Shown here: in pieces, positions 9,432-18,288 of the stretch
Position numbering within the stretch: the stretch's first letter is position 1
How the letters are laid out: each line of letters begins with the position of its first letter
Assembly (NCBI GenBank): GCA_021371875.1
Contig: JAJFVH010000135.1
Coordinates: forward strand, 10,282 to 74,281
DNA from: Bacteroidales bacterium
GTDB taxonomy: Bacteria > Bacteroidota > Bacteroidia > Bacteroidales > Paludibacteraceae
Direction of reading: 5' to 3'
DNA length: 64,000 nt
Notes under the pieces: generated by a model
Seen by the model: only the letters and a program-made list of their open reading frames with translations
Told to the model about the DNA's origin: nothing
Database searches by the model: none
Made by a program: the position numbers and the translations under genes

Positions 9432-10865
9432 TTATTGTAATGCCTGATTAGTATCCAGTTCGCTTTGGGGAATCGGGAAATAAAAACGAGGTTCGTTCCA
9501 TTTCAAATCTGTTCCGAGCGCCGCCTCTGCTGCTTCTTTTCCCCAACGCATCAAATCGAAAAACCTGTGAAATTCAAAGCCGAGTTCTTTGCGTCGTTCA
9601 TTACGAATTACTGTTCGCATAGCAGTCTGTGTTGTTGTTGCTGTTGTAGGAGCCAGCCTGGCACGCGAACGGATAAGGTTCACTTCGGTTGCTGCTTTGA
9701 AAATGGCATCGGCTCCGCCCAACTCGTTTATGGCTTCGGCTTTCATAAGCAAAATATCGGCATACCGGATAGCGTGATACGGAATGGTTGACTGACTTTT
9801 TGCGACACCAGCCACCATATCTTCATTATATTTCTTTACCAGATAACCGGTGGCTTCTGACCATGCTGCAGAAAAAGTACCATTGTTAAACCATGGCTTT
9901 CCATCACGACCAATAGACGCATCTAATCTTGGGTCATCCTGATTATCAGTTGTCTTGTCGACAAATGCATCCACGTAATTCTGTGTCGGAGCATTGAAAT
10001 AATATCCACCCTCGGCCGAAGGAGCAAACCACACATTTAGGTTATTACCTAACGAAATTTCGGTGTTGTTCACAAACCGCAATCCGAAAATTATTTCTAC
10101 ACTGTTTTCGGCTCCGGTTTTAAACAAATCGCTGTAACTGTCAAGTAAATCGTATTGATTCAAATCTTCCAATGACTGAATGCTGGCAAGACTTTCAGTG
10201 TATTTTTTCTGATAAAGTTGTGCTTTGGCCAGCAAAGCATAGGCAGCGCCTTTGGTTACTCTGCCTTTTTCGAGCGGGTAATCTGTGGGTAAAACAGCTA
10301 TAGCATCAGTCAGGTCTTTCTCGATTTGGGTATAAATCACATTCACTTCGCTTAGCTCTACATAAATAGCTGCAGAAGAATTTTGCGGTTGTAACTTCAA
10401 AGGTATTTTACCAAAAATGTTGATCAGATTGAAATAGGAATATGCACGAAGGAATTTAGCTTCGCCTACCAAGCGGTTTTGAAGCGTAGCATCCATGGTA
10501 ATTCCGGGGATATTGGTAATGGCATTATTAGCCCTCGAAATGGTTTCGTAAGCGGATTGCCAGTAAGTGTTCAAAACTCCGTTATCCGATTTGGCTGTAA
10601 AATCATTGATACCATTAATATCAGCCTGATCACCAGCATTTCCGCCTTTTACAGCATCGTCGGAAGCTACATCTCCGAAAATCCACAAGGTATTTCCATA
10701 AAGAGAGTTGTAAATGCCGTTTACAGCCATTGTTGCATTTTCGGCCGATGTGTAGTAGTTGTCGGAAGTATATTCCCCTTTCAGGTCGGTGTTCAGAAAA
10801 TCGTCGCACGACGCGAATGATAATCCTATCATGGATAGTGCAAAAAGATATATTTTTTTATTCAT
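9432..10865 (-). CDS. susD: SusD/RagB family glycan-binding lipoprotein
   Basis: Lipobox ASC; GEAKFLRAYSYF, RYADILLMKAEA, ERRKELGFEFHRFFDLMRW, FPIPQSE. Confidence 0.95.
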   Translation of the reverse strand: MNKKIYLFALSMIGLSFASCDDFLNTDLKGEYTSDNYYTSAENATMAVNGIYNSLYGNTLWIFGDVASDDAVKGGNAGDQADINGINDFTAKSDNGVLNTYWQSAYETISRANNAITNIPGITMDATLQNRLVGEAKFLRAYSYFNLINIFGKIPLKLQPQNSSAAIYVELSEVNVIYTQIEKDLTDAIAVLPTDYPLEKGRVTKGAAYALLAKAQLYQKKYTESLASIQSLEDLNQYDLLDSYSDLFKTGAENSVEIIFGLRFVNNTEISLGNNLNVWFAPSAEGGYYFNAPTQNYVDAFVDKTTDNQDDPRLDASIGRDGKPWFNNGTFSAAWSEATGYLVKKYNEDMVAGVAKSQSTIPYHAIRYADILLMKAEAINELGGADAIFKAATEVNLIRSRARLAPTTATTTQTAMRTVIRNERRKELGFEFHRFFDLMRWGKEAAEAALGTDLKWNEPRFYFPIPQSELDTNQALQ

Positions 10866-10878
10866 AATACTTGTAATT

Positions 10879-13800
10879 TTAGAAAGTTAAGTTCATCCCA
10901 AAAGTTAAGTTCATTGCCACGGGATAAGTTCCCCAGTCGATACCATTTGCCATATCGCCTTCTGAAGCTGAATTGGTACTTACAGTCATTTCAGGGTCAA
11001 GACCCGAATATCCGGTCAGCGTAAATAAGTTGGTTCCGGCAATATAGAAGCGCAAATTTTCAATTTTAAGTTTCTTGGTATTGGGAACCGTGTATCCTAA
11101 TTGCAGATTCTTGAGGCGCATATAAGAACCATCTTCCAAAAAGCGCGAAGAAGCTTTTACATTATTCGATTTGGCTGTCCACGAAGCACGCGGCTGTGTA
11201 TTCGAAGTTCCTTCGCCCGTCCAATGCTCCTTGTAATATCTTTCGGTAACATTAAATCCGCGATAGTAACCTTCGATGTCGAAATTAACCTGTGAGAATA
11301 TTTTCTGTCCGAAGGCGCCCTGAAAAAACAATGAAAGGTCAAAGTTTTTATAGTTTCCCGATAAATTCAGACCTGTATTAAAAGTAGGAATGGCGCTGCC
11401 CAAGAAAGTACGGTCTTTGGCATCGATCACATTATCTCCATTTTGATCCACATATTTCACATCGCCAGGCTTGATATTGTTTCCCTGATAAGCCGATGTA
11501 AGTACTTCCACATCGTTCTGAAAAATTCCGTCCATTTCGTAGAGATAAAATGAACCGATAGAGTGACCGTTTTCAGTTCGAGTAGCATACACACCGGTGT
11601 CGATACGCCCCGCAAAATAAGGGACATCCAGATTGAATACTTCGTTATGAAGGAATCCACTGTTCAAAGCTATATTGAAACCACCATCCCGGTAATTTTT
11701 CCGGTAGAAAAATTCCAGATCAATACCTGTGTTCAATACATTTCCTGTACTGTTGATTTGCGGAGGCGATGCGTTTCCGATTGAAGGCGGAAGCGATGCC
11801 GGTAAAAGCATATCGTGGGTTACCTTGTAATAATAATCAAGTGTGATCCCGAGCGATCCTTTCAGAAACTCAAAATCGGCGCCGAGGTTAAACTGATTGC
11901 TGGTTTCCCATTTCAGTTCGGTATTTCCGAGTTGAGTCTGTGCAAAACCATTGTAGCTGTTACCTCCGAAAGTGTAATAGTAATTATAACCATAACGATC
12001 GGCGTAAGCATACAAAGGGATATTCTGATTGCCGATAGAACCGTAACCGGCACGTAGTTTCAACTTGTTGATGGCTTTCACGTTCTGCATGAAATCTTCG
12101 GTTTCCATATTCCATCCTCCTGAAACGGAGTAAAAAGTACCCCATTTATTTCTGGTGCTAAAACGGGAAGAACCATCGCGACGAAGGATACCCGATAAGT
12201 AATATTTCTGATTGAAATTGTAATTTACGTTGGCAAAGAAAGAAACAAGCGTCGATTCCCAAACAGACTGACTTATATTGGTTTTGCTGCTACCTAAGCC
12301 AAGAAACAAAAAATCGGGGTCAGTATTCAGAAATTCACTTTCGCTCCCATACATCCCGCTACCGGAATTTTTAATGGCTTCAGCTCCAATCATAGAATTC
12401 AGATTATGATTTTCAGCGAAAACAATATTATGACTCAACGTGCTGTTTACACTCCAATTCACAGTATTAACTATTGAAGCGGAAAGTCCGTTTGTCCCAT
12501 TGATACGATTAGCCGTACCCCAGGTTTTATTGTATTCACGTAATTCGGTATTGTTATAATCCAGACCTGCTGTTGTTTTCAGCATCAGATTGGCGGGTAA
12601 AGAAATGAGGACATTTCCGGTAGTCAACAAGCTTTTAATCTTCTTGGTACGGTCGGTGTTTTCAGTCAGTCCTACAGGATTATAACCATCGCCAAAAAAA
12701 GAATTATAGACGGAATTTCCGTAATATTCCGAAGGTAAATCAATAAATTCACCCAATGAATTGCGAACCGGAATGGCCGGATTACGATATAAAGCATAAC
12801 GAACTACACTACCGCCTTCACCTGCATACCCATCGCCCGAACTGGAAACCAACCGGTTGTTTGAAATGCCCCCACTTACATTTAATCCTACTTTCAGCCA
12901 TTTCTTTACCTGAGAATTGATGTTTGAACGCAAACTTGTACGGTTATAATTAGTGTTGTTGATAATGCCATCCTGCTTGTAAATAGTTCCGGCAACAAGA
13001 TACTGAGTTTTTTCTGTTCCTCCGCTTATGGACAATTCATGCGACTGAAAAGGAGCGGTACGGAAAATTTCTTCCAAATGATTTACATTCGGGAAATCCT
13101 TCACCCATGCGTTTTCAATCAAAGCACGTTGAACTACCGAAGTAGCATTGTCGGCGGTAGCTGCCTCGTTGTAAAGACTAATGTACTGATCGGTGCTTGC
13201 CATTTTGGTCAGACGACCATGTTGCTGAAAACCCAGTTGTGTGTTGTAAGATATTTTTGAATCACCTGATTTACCGCTTTTGGTAGTAATGAGCACAACA
13301 CCGTTGGTAGCGCGCGAACCATAAATAGCTGCCGATGAAGCATCCTTCAATATCGACATGCTTTCAATTTCGTTAGGCGAGATATTGTTCAAAGCGCCTT
13401 CTACGGGAATCCCGTCCACGATATACAACGGTTCATTACTCAGACTCATGGAATTTACACCACGTATACGAACCGAAACGGGCGCACCGGGTGCACCGGT
13501 TTGTGTGGAAACATTTACTCCCGCCACACGGCCCTGGAGTGCCTGTTGTGTAGATGCGACGGGAATTTTGCTGATGTCGGTTCCATCTACCTTACTGACA
13601 GAACCCAACACATCACGTTTTTTCTGAACAGAATAACCTACAACGACCACTTCGTCAATAATTTGGGCGTCCGGTTCTAACTTGATTGTAAGAAAATTTT
13701 CTCCAGTTAATCTTATTTCCTGTGATTTGTAACCTATATACGAAATTCTGATGGTTCCGTTTTGAGGGGTGGAAATGCTGAAATCACCATTGATACCTGT

Positions 13801-13959
13801 TACTGTTCCGGCATGAGTTCCCTCAACAAGGATATTAACCCCTATGAGTTCTTCGCCTGATACAGCATCTTTTACCACACCCTTCACATCGATAAGGGCC
13901 TGAGCCTGTGAAGCTATAACGATTAAACTTAGTAATAAAATAAATAGTGTTTTTTTCAT
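10879..13959 (-). CDS. susC: SusC/RagA family TonB-dependent transporter
   Basis: DEVVVVGY, PLYIVDG, LKDASSAAIYGSRATNGVVLITTK, LKWETS, YSGLDPE, C-terminal F. Confidence 0.96.
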   Translation of the reverse strand: MKKTLFILLLSLIVIASQAQALIDVKGVVKDAVSGEELIGVNILVEGTHAGTVTGINGDFSISTPQNGTIRISYIGYKSQEIRLTGENFLTIKLEPDAQIIDEVVVVGYSVQKKRDVLGSVSKVDGTDISKIPVASTQQALQGRVAGVNVSTQTGAPGAPVSVRIRGVNSMSLSNEPLYIVDGIPVEGALNNISPNEIESMSILKDASSAAIYGSRATNGVVLITTKSGKSGDSKISYNTQLGFQQHGRLTKMASTDQYISLYNEAATADNATSVVQRALIENAWVKDFPNVNHLEEIFRTAPFQSHELSISGGTEKTQYLVAGTIYKQDGIINNTNYNRTSLRSNINSQVKKWLKVGLNVSGGISNNRLVSSSGDGYAGEGGSVVRYALYRNPAIPVRNSLGEFIDLPSEYYGNSVYNSFFGDGYNPVGLTENTDRTKKIKSLLTTGNVLISLPANLMLKTTAGLDYNNTELREYNKTWGTANRINGTNGLSASIVNTVNWSVNSTLSHNIVFAENHNLNSMIGAEAIKNSGSGMYGSESEFLNTDPDFLFLGLGSSKTNISQSVWESTLVSFFANVNYNFNQKYYLSGILRRDGSSRFSTRNKWGTFYSVSGGWNMETEDFMQNVKAINKLKLRAGYGSIGNQNIPLYAYADRYGYNYYYTFGGNSYNGFAQTQLGNTELKWETSNQFNLGADFEFLKGSLGITLDYYYKVTHDMLLPASLPPSIGNASPPQINSTGNVLNTGIDLEFFYRKNYRDGGFNIALNSGFLHNEVFNLDVPYFAGRIDTGVYATRTENGHSIGSFYLYEMDGIFQNDVEVLTSAYQGNNIKPGDVKYVDQNGDNVIDAKDRTFLGSAIPTFNTGLNLSGNYKNFDLSLFFQGAFGQKIFSQVNFDIEGYYRGFNVTERYYKEHWTGEGTSNTQPRASWTAKSNNVKASSRFLEDGSYMRLKNLQLGYTVPNTKKLKIENLRFYIAGTNLFTLTGYSGLDPEMTVSTNSASEGDMANGIDWGTYPVAMNLTFGMNLTF

Positions 13960-13983
13960 TTTTTGTTGATATAAAAATTCTGA

Positions 13984-15711
13984 TTATTGAAAGGCAATTG
14001 TATTTCCATTGGCATTCAACGAATTGTTTTTTCGTTCTATGCGTGTTCCAGCCGGAAGTTCAACCAACACACAAGCTGCATTAGCCGGAATTGTAATTTT
14101 GGTATCGGTATCAATGTCTTTAGCTAAGTATTTTTTTGAAATAATATCAAAAACATCTACTTTTCCCGTCGGATGATAAGTTACTGCTTTATTTTCGGTA
14201 AAAGGATTATAGAACAGATAAGTAGGGTAAGCTCGGGCTGAATAAAAATCAGTAACGTTACAGTTCAACCGCAAAATCATTTGCACATCAGTCGTATCCA
14301 CAATGGCTCCCATTATTCCTACAGGAGATGTGCTGTACAAACTAAACATGCTTTCTTTAGGATTATTGGGATTCCAGTTCGGACCGTCGCCCAATGCAAC
14401 CGGATGTACGCCTTTGAGTTCAGGTTTGTTGTAGCAGTCTTCATAACGTAATCCTTCGTAAGCAACAACCGAGTTGGTGTAGTTTTTCATTTCGGGCAGC
14501 CATTGATTCTTGTCGGCAATTTCGTTCGGGAAAAACAGTCGGGAAGCATTTACATTGTTCAGCATCCATTTTCCGATGGCACGTGCAAAGCGTGGTTCGT
14601 ATTTCACCATAGGTACCAACGGCCAGGCCATTTTCATACTGTTCATCAGGAAAGCATATCCACCACCATCGGTTATGCTGCCTTGTAACCCGCTTACATC
14701 ATATTCTCCCCATTTGCCGACAATCACACCCCAGCCGTTTCGACCATCGGGATTTTTACATCCATCGAATATCCAGTTGATCATTTTTTCCACATCGTAG
14801 TTTGTCCCTTGCTCGGCATTTAATCGGGCAGCCGTGTAGATTCCCATAGGAAGCAAAATTTCGTAAAAACGACTTTCTTCCTGATTATCTAATGCAGCAA
14901 TAGCCGATTTGGCATGAGCCAGATAGCGGGCATCTTTGTATTTCTGATAAGCGGCATAAAGCACATAACCATGACCACCGGCAGCATCCTGCTGATATGG
15001 AATATGATTTACCATACCTTTCATTTGTCTGTAATCGAAATATGAATAATCGTAATTTCCATTCAGAACCGAATCGGCTTTGCAAAACTGTTCGGCAATG
15101 CTGCGCTGGATGTTATCAGCATTTTCAACATTGGGAAAAACATCCGAAATGGCGTAGAACAATACATTGGGTAGTACATCGTACCACCAGTCGCGGCCAT
15201 AACCACCGCCCAACGAGGCAACTTCCGGACAAGTGTTGTTCATCATAATGTTCCATCCATTTGCTGAGTTGAAATAATTCTGAATCATCTTTACGTAGTT
15301 GTACCCGTTTTGATGAGTTTTGTCTATGCCCATTAATCCAGCTCCCAGAATTGCGGAAAGAGAATTCAGGCTTTCGTGAAACTCACCGTTGTTGTTTTTT
15401 GGACCCTGGCGGCAATCGTTGATGGCAGTGTAAAGTCCGAATGTAATTTGAGAAATGTTTCGCTGACTATTATCCAACCAAATCATGCTGCCGGCAGACA
15501 TGGCGGGATTAAAATCGAAAGCATAGGCGTCGTAATCTCTTGCTTTTTGCTTCCAATCTATAATTCTGTAAGGAGATGGAGCATTGGGCATTAATTCTAT
15601 ACGCTGAATAGCCGTTTGCTCAACTGGCTTTCCGTAATTATCATTTCCACTGCACGACACCAATATTACGGCAGTAAGAAGTATAAGAAAAGTTGATTTA
15701 TAGTTTTTCAT
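13984..15711 (-). CDS. uncharacterised PUL lipoprotein, putative glycoside hydrolase (paralogue of the N-terminus of 3444-6572)
   Basis: Lipobox LVSC; shared motifs DWWY, YEI.LP.G, GKW..YDVSGL, ARAIGKW, YPTYL.YN. Confidence 0.75.
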   Translation of the reverse strand: MKNYKSTFLILLTAVILVSCSGNDNYGKPVEQTAIQRIELMPNAPSPYRIIDWKQKARDYDAYAFDFNPAMSAGSMIWLDNSQRNISQITFGLYTAINDCRQGPKNNNGEFHESLNSLSAILGAGLMGIDKTHQNGYNYVKMIQNYFNSANGWNIMMNNTCPEVASLGGGYGRDWWYDVLPNVLFYAISDVFPNVENADNIQRSIAEQFCKADSVLNGNYDYSYFDYRQMKGMVNHIPYQQDAAGGHGYVLYAAYQKYKDARYLAHAKSAIAALDNQEESRFYEILLPMGIYTAARLNAEQGTNYDVEKMINWIFDGCKNPDGRNGWGVIVGKWGEYDVSGLQGSITDGGGYAFLMNSMKMAWPLVPMVKYEPRFARAIGKWMLNNVNASRLFFPNEIADKNQWLPEMKNYTNSVVAYEGLRYEDCYNKPELKGVHPVALGDGPNWNPNNPKESMFSLYSTSPVGIMGAIVDTTDVQMILRLNCNVTDFYSARAYPTYLFYNPFTENKAVTYHPTGKVDVFDIISKKYLAKDIDTDTKITIPANAACVLVELPAGTRIERKNNSLNANGNTIAFQ

Positions 15712-15775
15712 TTCCCTAAAATAATTTTAATCTATCTATCATCAAAAACAAATAAGAATTATTTAATATTCATTA

Positions 15776-17035
15776 TTAAATAGATTTGTATTTCGTGTCA
15801 ATCTCTTTAATGATATGTTTTGCCAAAGGCAATGAAATTAGTTGCAAAGCTCCTACGATTATCAACGCGTATTTCAGCGCAAAATCTTCAGAAATAAAAT
15901 AAGCAAGTGAAATAAACAAAATCATTCCAATGGCGCGTCCCACAAACAAACCGATTTCGTGGCTCATGATGTAGGTGTATTCATTGCGTTTTTCGATAGT
16001 CGAAACAGCATCGATGGTTTTCATCATCGTTGGGAAATAAGCCAAATCGTGTAAAGGCTGAAACAAAACTTTACAAAGCACAAATATAATTACACCCAAT
16101 GCCGAAAATAACACCCCGTTAACTAACGTTCCAATGAAGAAAACGATTAATCCGAAGCCAAAAATATACATACGGTGTTGCGGCTTGGCTACCCTTCCGA
16201 GCACGTAAACCAATATGGCGGTAGCAGCTCCTCCGATTCCCTGAATCAGTCCGAGCGAACCTTCATTTCCCACCATACGCATAACCAGGATAGCTGGTGC
16301 AGTAACCAAGAATCCTTGTATCATGCCTTTTAAACTAGCTAATACCAGTAATTTTTGCCACAAAACATGGAATTTAAAATAGATAAACTTTTTCTGAACA
16401 GGATTGGCAAATTTCCCTTTTGATAATACGATACAAGCTCCGATAGCGATAACAAAAACCACTACGGTTATGAATTGGTAACCCATATTAATATTCACAG
16501 TATGGCCAAAAAACATTTTACCATCAATGGTTGCTAAAAATGCACCTACGACAAGAGGAACGATAATACTCCAAAGCGAAAAGAAGAATGATTCTAATCC
16601 GAAAAAATAATTGCGATTTGCATCGTTAGTCGAATTCAGGGTAAGTAAATAACGATTGGTCCAGAAAAATCCGGTGGAAGCACCCAACGCAAAACCGGCA
16701 ATTCCCAGCTCCACAATTCCCAGCGAATGAACAAACATCATAACCATCAACGAAACAGCCGTCAGGATGATGCCAAAACTATACAGTAGGTTTACTTTAA
16801 ACATCTTCAATAAAGCGCCGTTTAAAAGTGCAGTACTGACAACGCCAATATACATGCACAATTGATAAATAGCAACGTAAGAAGGATTTCCAGTGTTGCG
16901 CATGATATAAGCCCCCACAAAAATTTCGATGATAGGTAATATTAATGCGTACAACATATTGGTAATTAAGAGTGTCCGTATGTTAAGCGGTTGCGATTTG
17001 AAGAATGCTAGTTCTCCTGCCAAGTTCTTTGCCAT
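15776..17035 (-). CDS. MFS transporter (oligosaccharide permease)
   Basis: About 12 hydrophobic segments; start at ATG 17035 (MAKNLAG), just downstream of the GH130 stop. Confidence 0.85.
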   Translation of the reverse strand: MAKNLAGELAFFKSQPLNIRTLLITNMLYALILPIIEIFVGAYIMRNTGNPSYVAIYQLCMYIGVVSTALLNGALLKMFKVNLLYSFGIILTAVSLMVMMFVHSLGIVELGIAGFALGASTGFFWTNRYLLTLNSTNDANRNYFFGLESFFFSLWSIIVPLVVGAFLATIDGKMFFGHTVNINMGYQFITVVVFVIAIGACIVLSKGKFANPVQKKFIYFKFHVLWQKLLVLASLKGMIQGFLVTAPAILVMRMVGNEGSLGLIQGIGGAATAILVYVLGRVAKPQHRMYIFGFGLIVFFIGTLVNGVLFSALGVIIFVLCKVLFQPLHDLAYFPTMMKTIDAVSTIEKRNEYTYIMSHEIGLFVGRAIGMILFISLAYFISEDFALKYALIIVGALQLISLPLAKHIIKEIDTKYKSI

Positions 17036-17037
17036 TA

Positions 17038-18084
17038 TTATTTTTTTAAAGAATTTAGGATTTCGGTAATCGAAAAGTTGGCGCTGCAAATCACTTCGTC
17101 GCTGGCGCCATAAAATATTTTAATTGTATTGCCGTCCACATAATGTCCGTTGGTAAACACCACATTGCCGAAAAATCCGGTTTGTTCGTATTCCGCTATC
17201 GGTTCCATAATGGGTTGTTCGCTGCGGGCCAATACTTTCGAAGGATCATTCAAATCAAGCAACAAGGCGCCCAGGCAATATCGGTGATCTTTGTTTGCCC
17301 CGTGATATATTTCCAACCATCCTTCGGATGTTTTAATAGGTGCGCCGCCGGCTCCCACACGTGCCGAGTCCCAACTTCCTTCGCGGGTTAGAGCTACACA
17401 TTTGTGGTTTCCCCAATGAATACGGTCGGGCGATTGTGCAAGCCAAATATAGTTTCCTCCCAGCTCGGGGCTGCTTGGACGGTGCAATGCGTAATACATG
17501 CCGTTTAGTTTTTCTTCGAAAAGAGCACAATCCTTATTGTGAGGAGGGAAAATCATTCCTTTACGGTTGAAATTCTGAAAATCGGATGTTGAAATAAGTC
17601 CTACACCCACGGCAACCGGTGAAACTTCGGTAAAGGAAAGATAGAATCCATCTTCCATGGTTGCCACACGGCAATCTTCAATGCCGAATGTTTCTAATTC
17701 CCCTTCTCCGAAAACAGGGGGATAAGCAGTATCTTCATAAAAATGAATATCATCGTCGCTGCATACCAGGCGAAGATACGATAAAGTGGTCAGGTAGTTT
17801 TGTCCTTTGTATTTTATTACGCGTGGATCAGAAGCATCCAACTGAGGGTCGTTTTTATCAAAGCTGAGGACTTCGATTTTTCCTTCTGCATTATATACAG
17901 GGAAACTTATTTTTCCTTCCATTTGGGTAGGACGTTCGGCAACACGAAGCAACAGCCATGTTTTTCCGTTAAGTCTGAAAACCCCGGGATTGAGCAGACA
18001 GGTTATTTCCATTCCATTGATTCCTGCTTTCAAATCAGCTGGACGTAACAATGGATTATTTTCTGAGCGTTTGGCGATATCCAT
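17038..18084 (-). CDS. GH130 glycoside phosphorylase, beta-1,2-mannoside phosphorylase-like
   Basis: NPLL, LLLRVAERP, DPRVI, FGIEDCRV, NKDCALF, LHRPS, IYHGA, GFFGNVVF; no signal peptide; pattern recalled as closest to Listeria Lin0857-type beta-1,2-mannobiose phosphorylases. Confidence 0.88.
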   Translation of the reverse strand: MDIAKRSENNPLLRPADLKAGINGMEITCLLNPGVFRLNGKTWLLLRVAERPTQMEGKISFPVYNAEGKIEVLSFDKNDPQLDASDPRVIKYKGQNYLTTLSYLRLVCSDDDIHFYEDTAYPPVFGEGELETFGIEDCRVATMEDGFYLSFTEVSPVAVGVGLISTSDFQNFNRKGMIFPPHNKDCALFEEKLNGMYYALHRPSSPELGGNYIWLAQSPDRIHWGNHKCVALTREGSWDSARVGAGGAPIKTSEGWLEIYHGANKDHRYCLGALLLDLNDPSKVLARSEQPIMEPIAEYEQTGFFGNVVFTNGHYVDGNTIKIFYGASDEVICSANFSITEILNSLKK

Positions 18085-18115
18085 AATATTTTTTGATTTA
18101 AGAATTTCTCGGAGA

Positions 18116-18123
18116 CAAAAATA
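18116..18123 (-). promoter_or_regulatory. -7 box (TATTTTTG) of the PUL operon
   Basis: TAnnTTTG consensus ~30 nt upstream of the GH130 start. Confidence 0.55.
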
Positions 18124-18144
18124 GACACTATAAATTGAGGTTAG

Positions 18145-18221
18145 GGTATCTTATTTTTACAAATGAGTACACGAATCTTTCGTTTTGGCGTTACAATACT
18201 GTTTTGATGAAATAAGATACC
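18145..18221. promoter_or_regulatory. pair of inverted 12-bp boxes (AAATAAGATACC), candidate HTCS operator sites
   Basis: GGTATCTTATTT at 18145-18156 and its exact reverse complement at 18210-18221, each upstream of one divergent -7 box. Confidence 0.55.
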
Positions 18222-18252
18222 TGCTCATTACTTTACCGGATTCAATTTATTG

Positions 18253-18260
18253 TATATTTG
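18253..18260 (+). promoter_or_regulatory. -7 box (TATATTTG) of the HTCS gene
   Basis: TAnnTTTG ~30 nt upstream of ATG 18289. Confidence 0.6.
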
Positions 18261-18288
18261 CATATCCATTAAACAAAATACATTTCAG

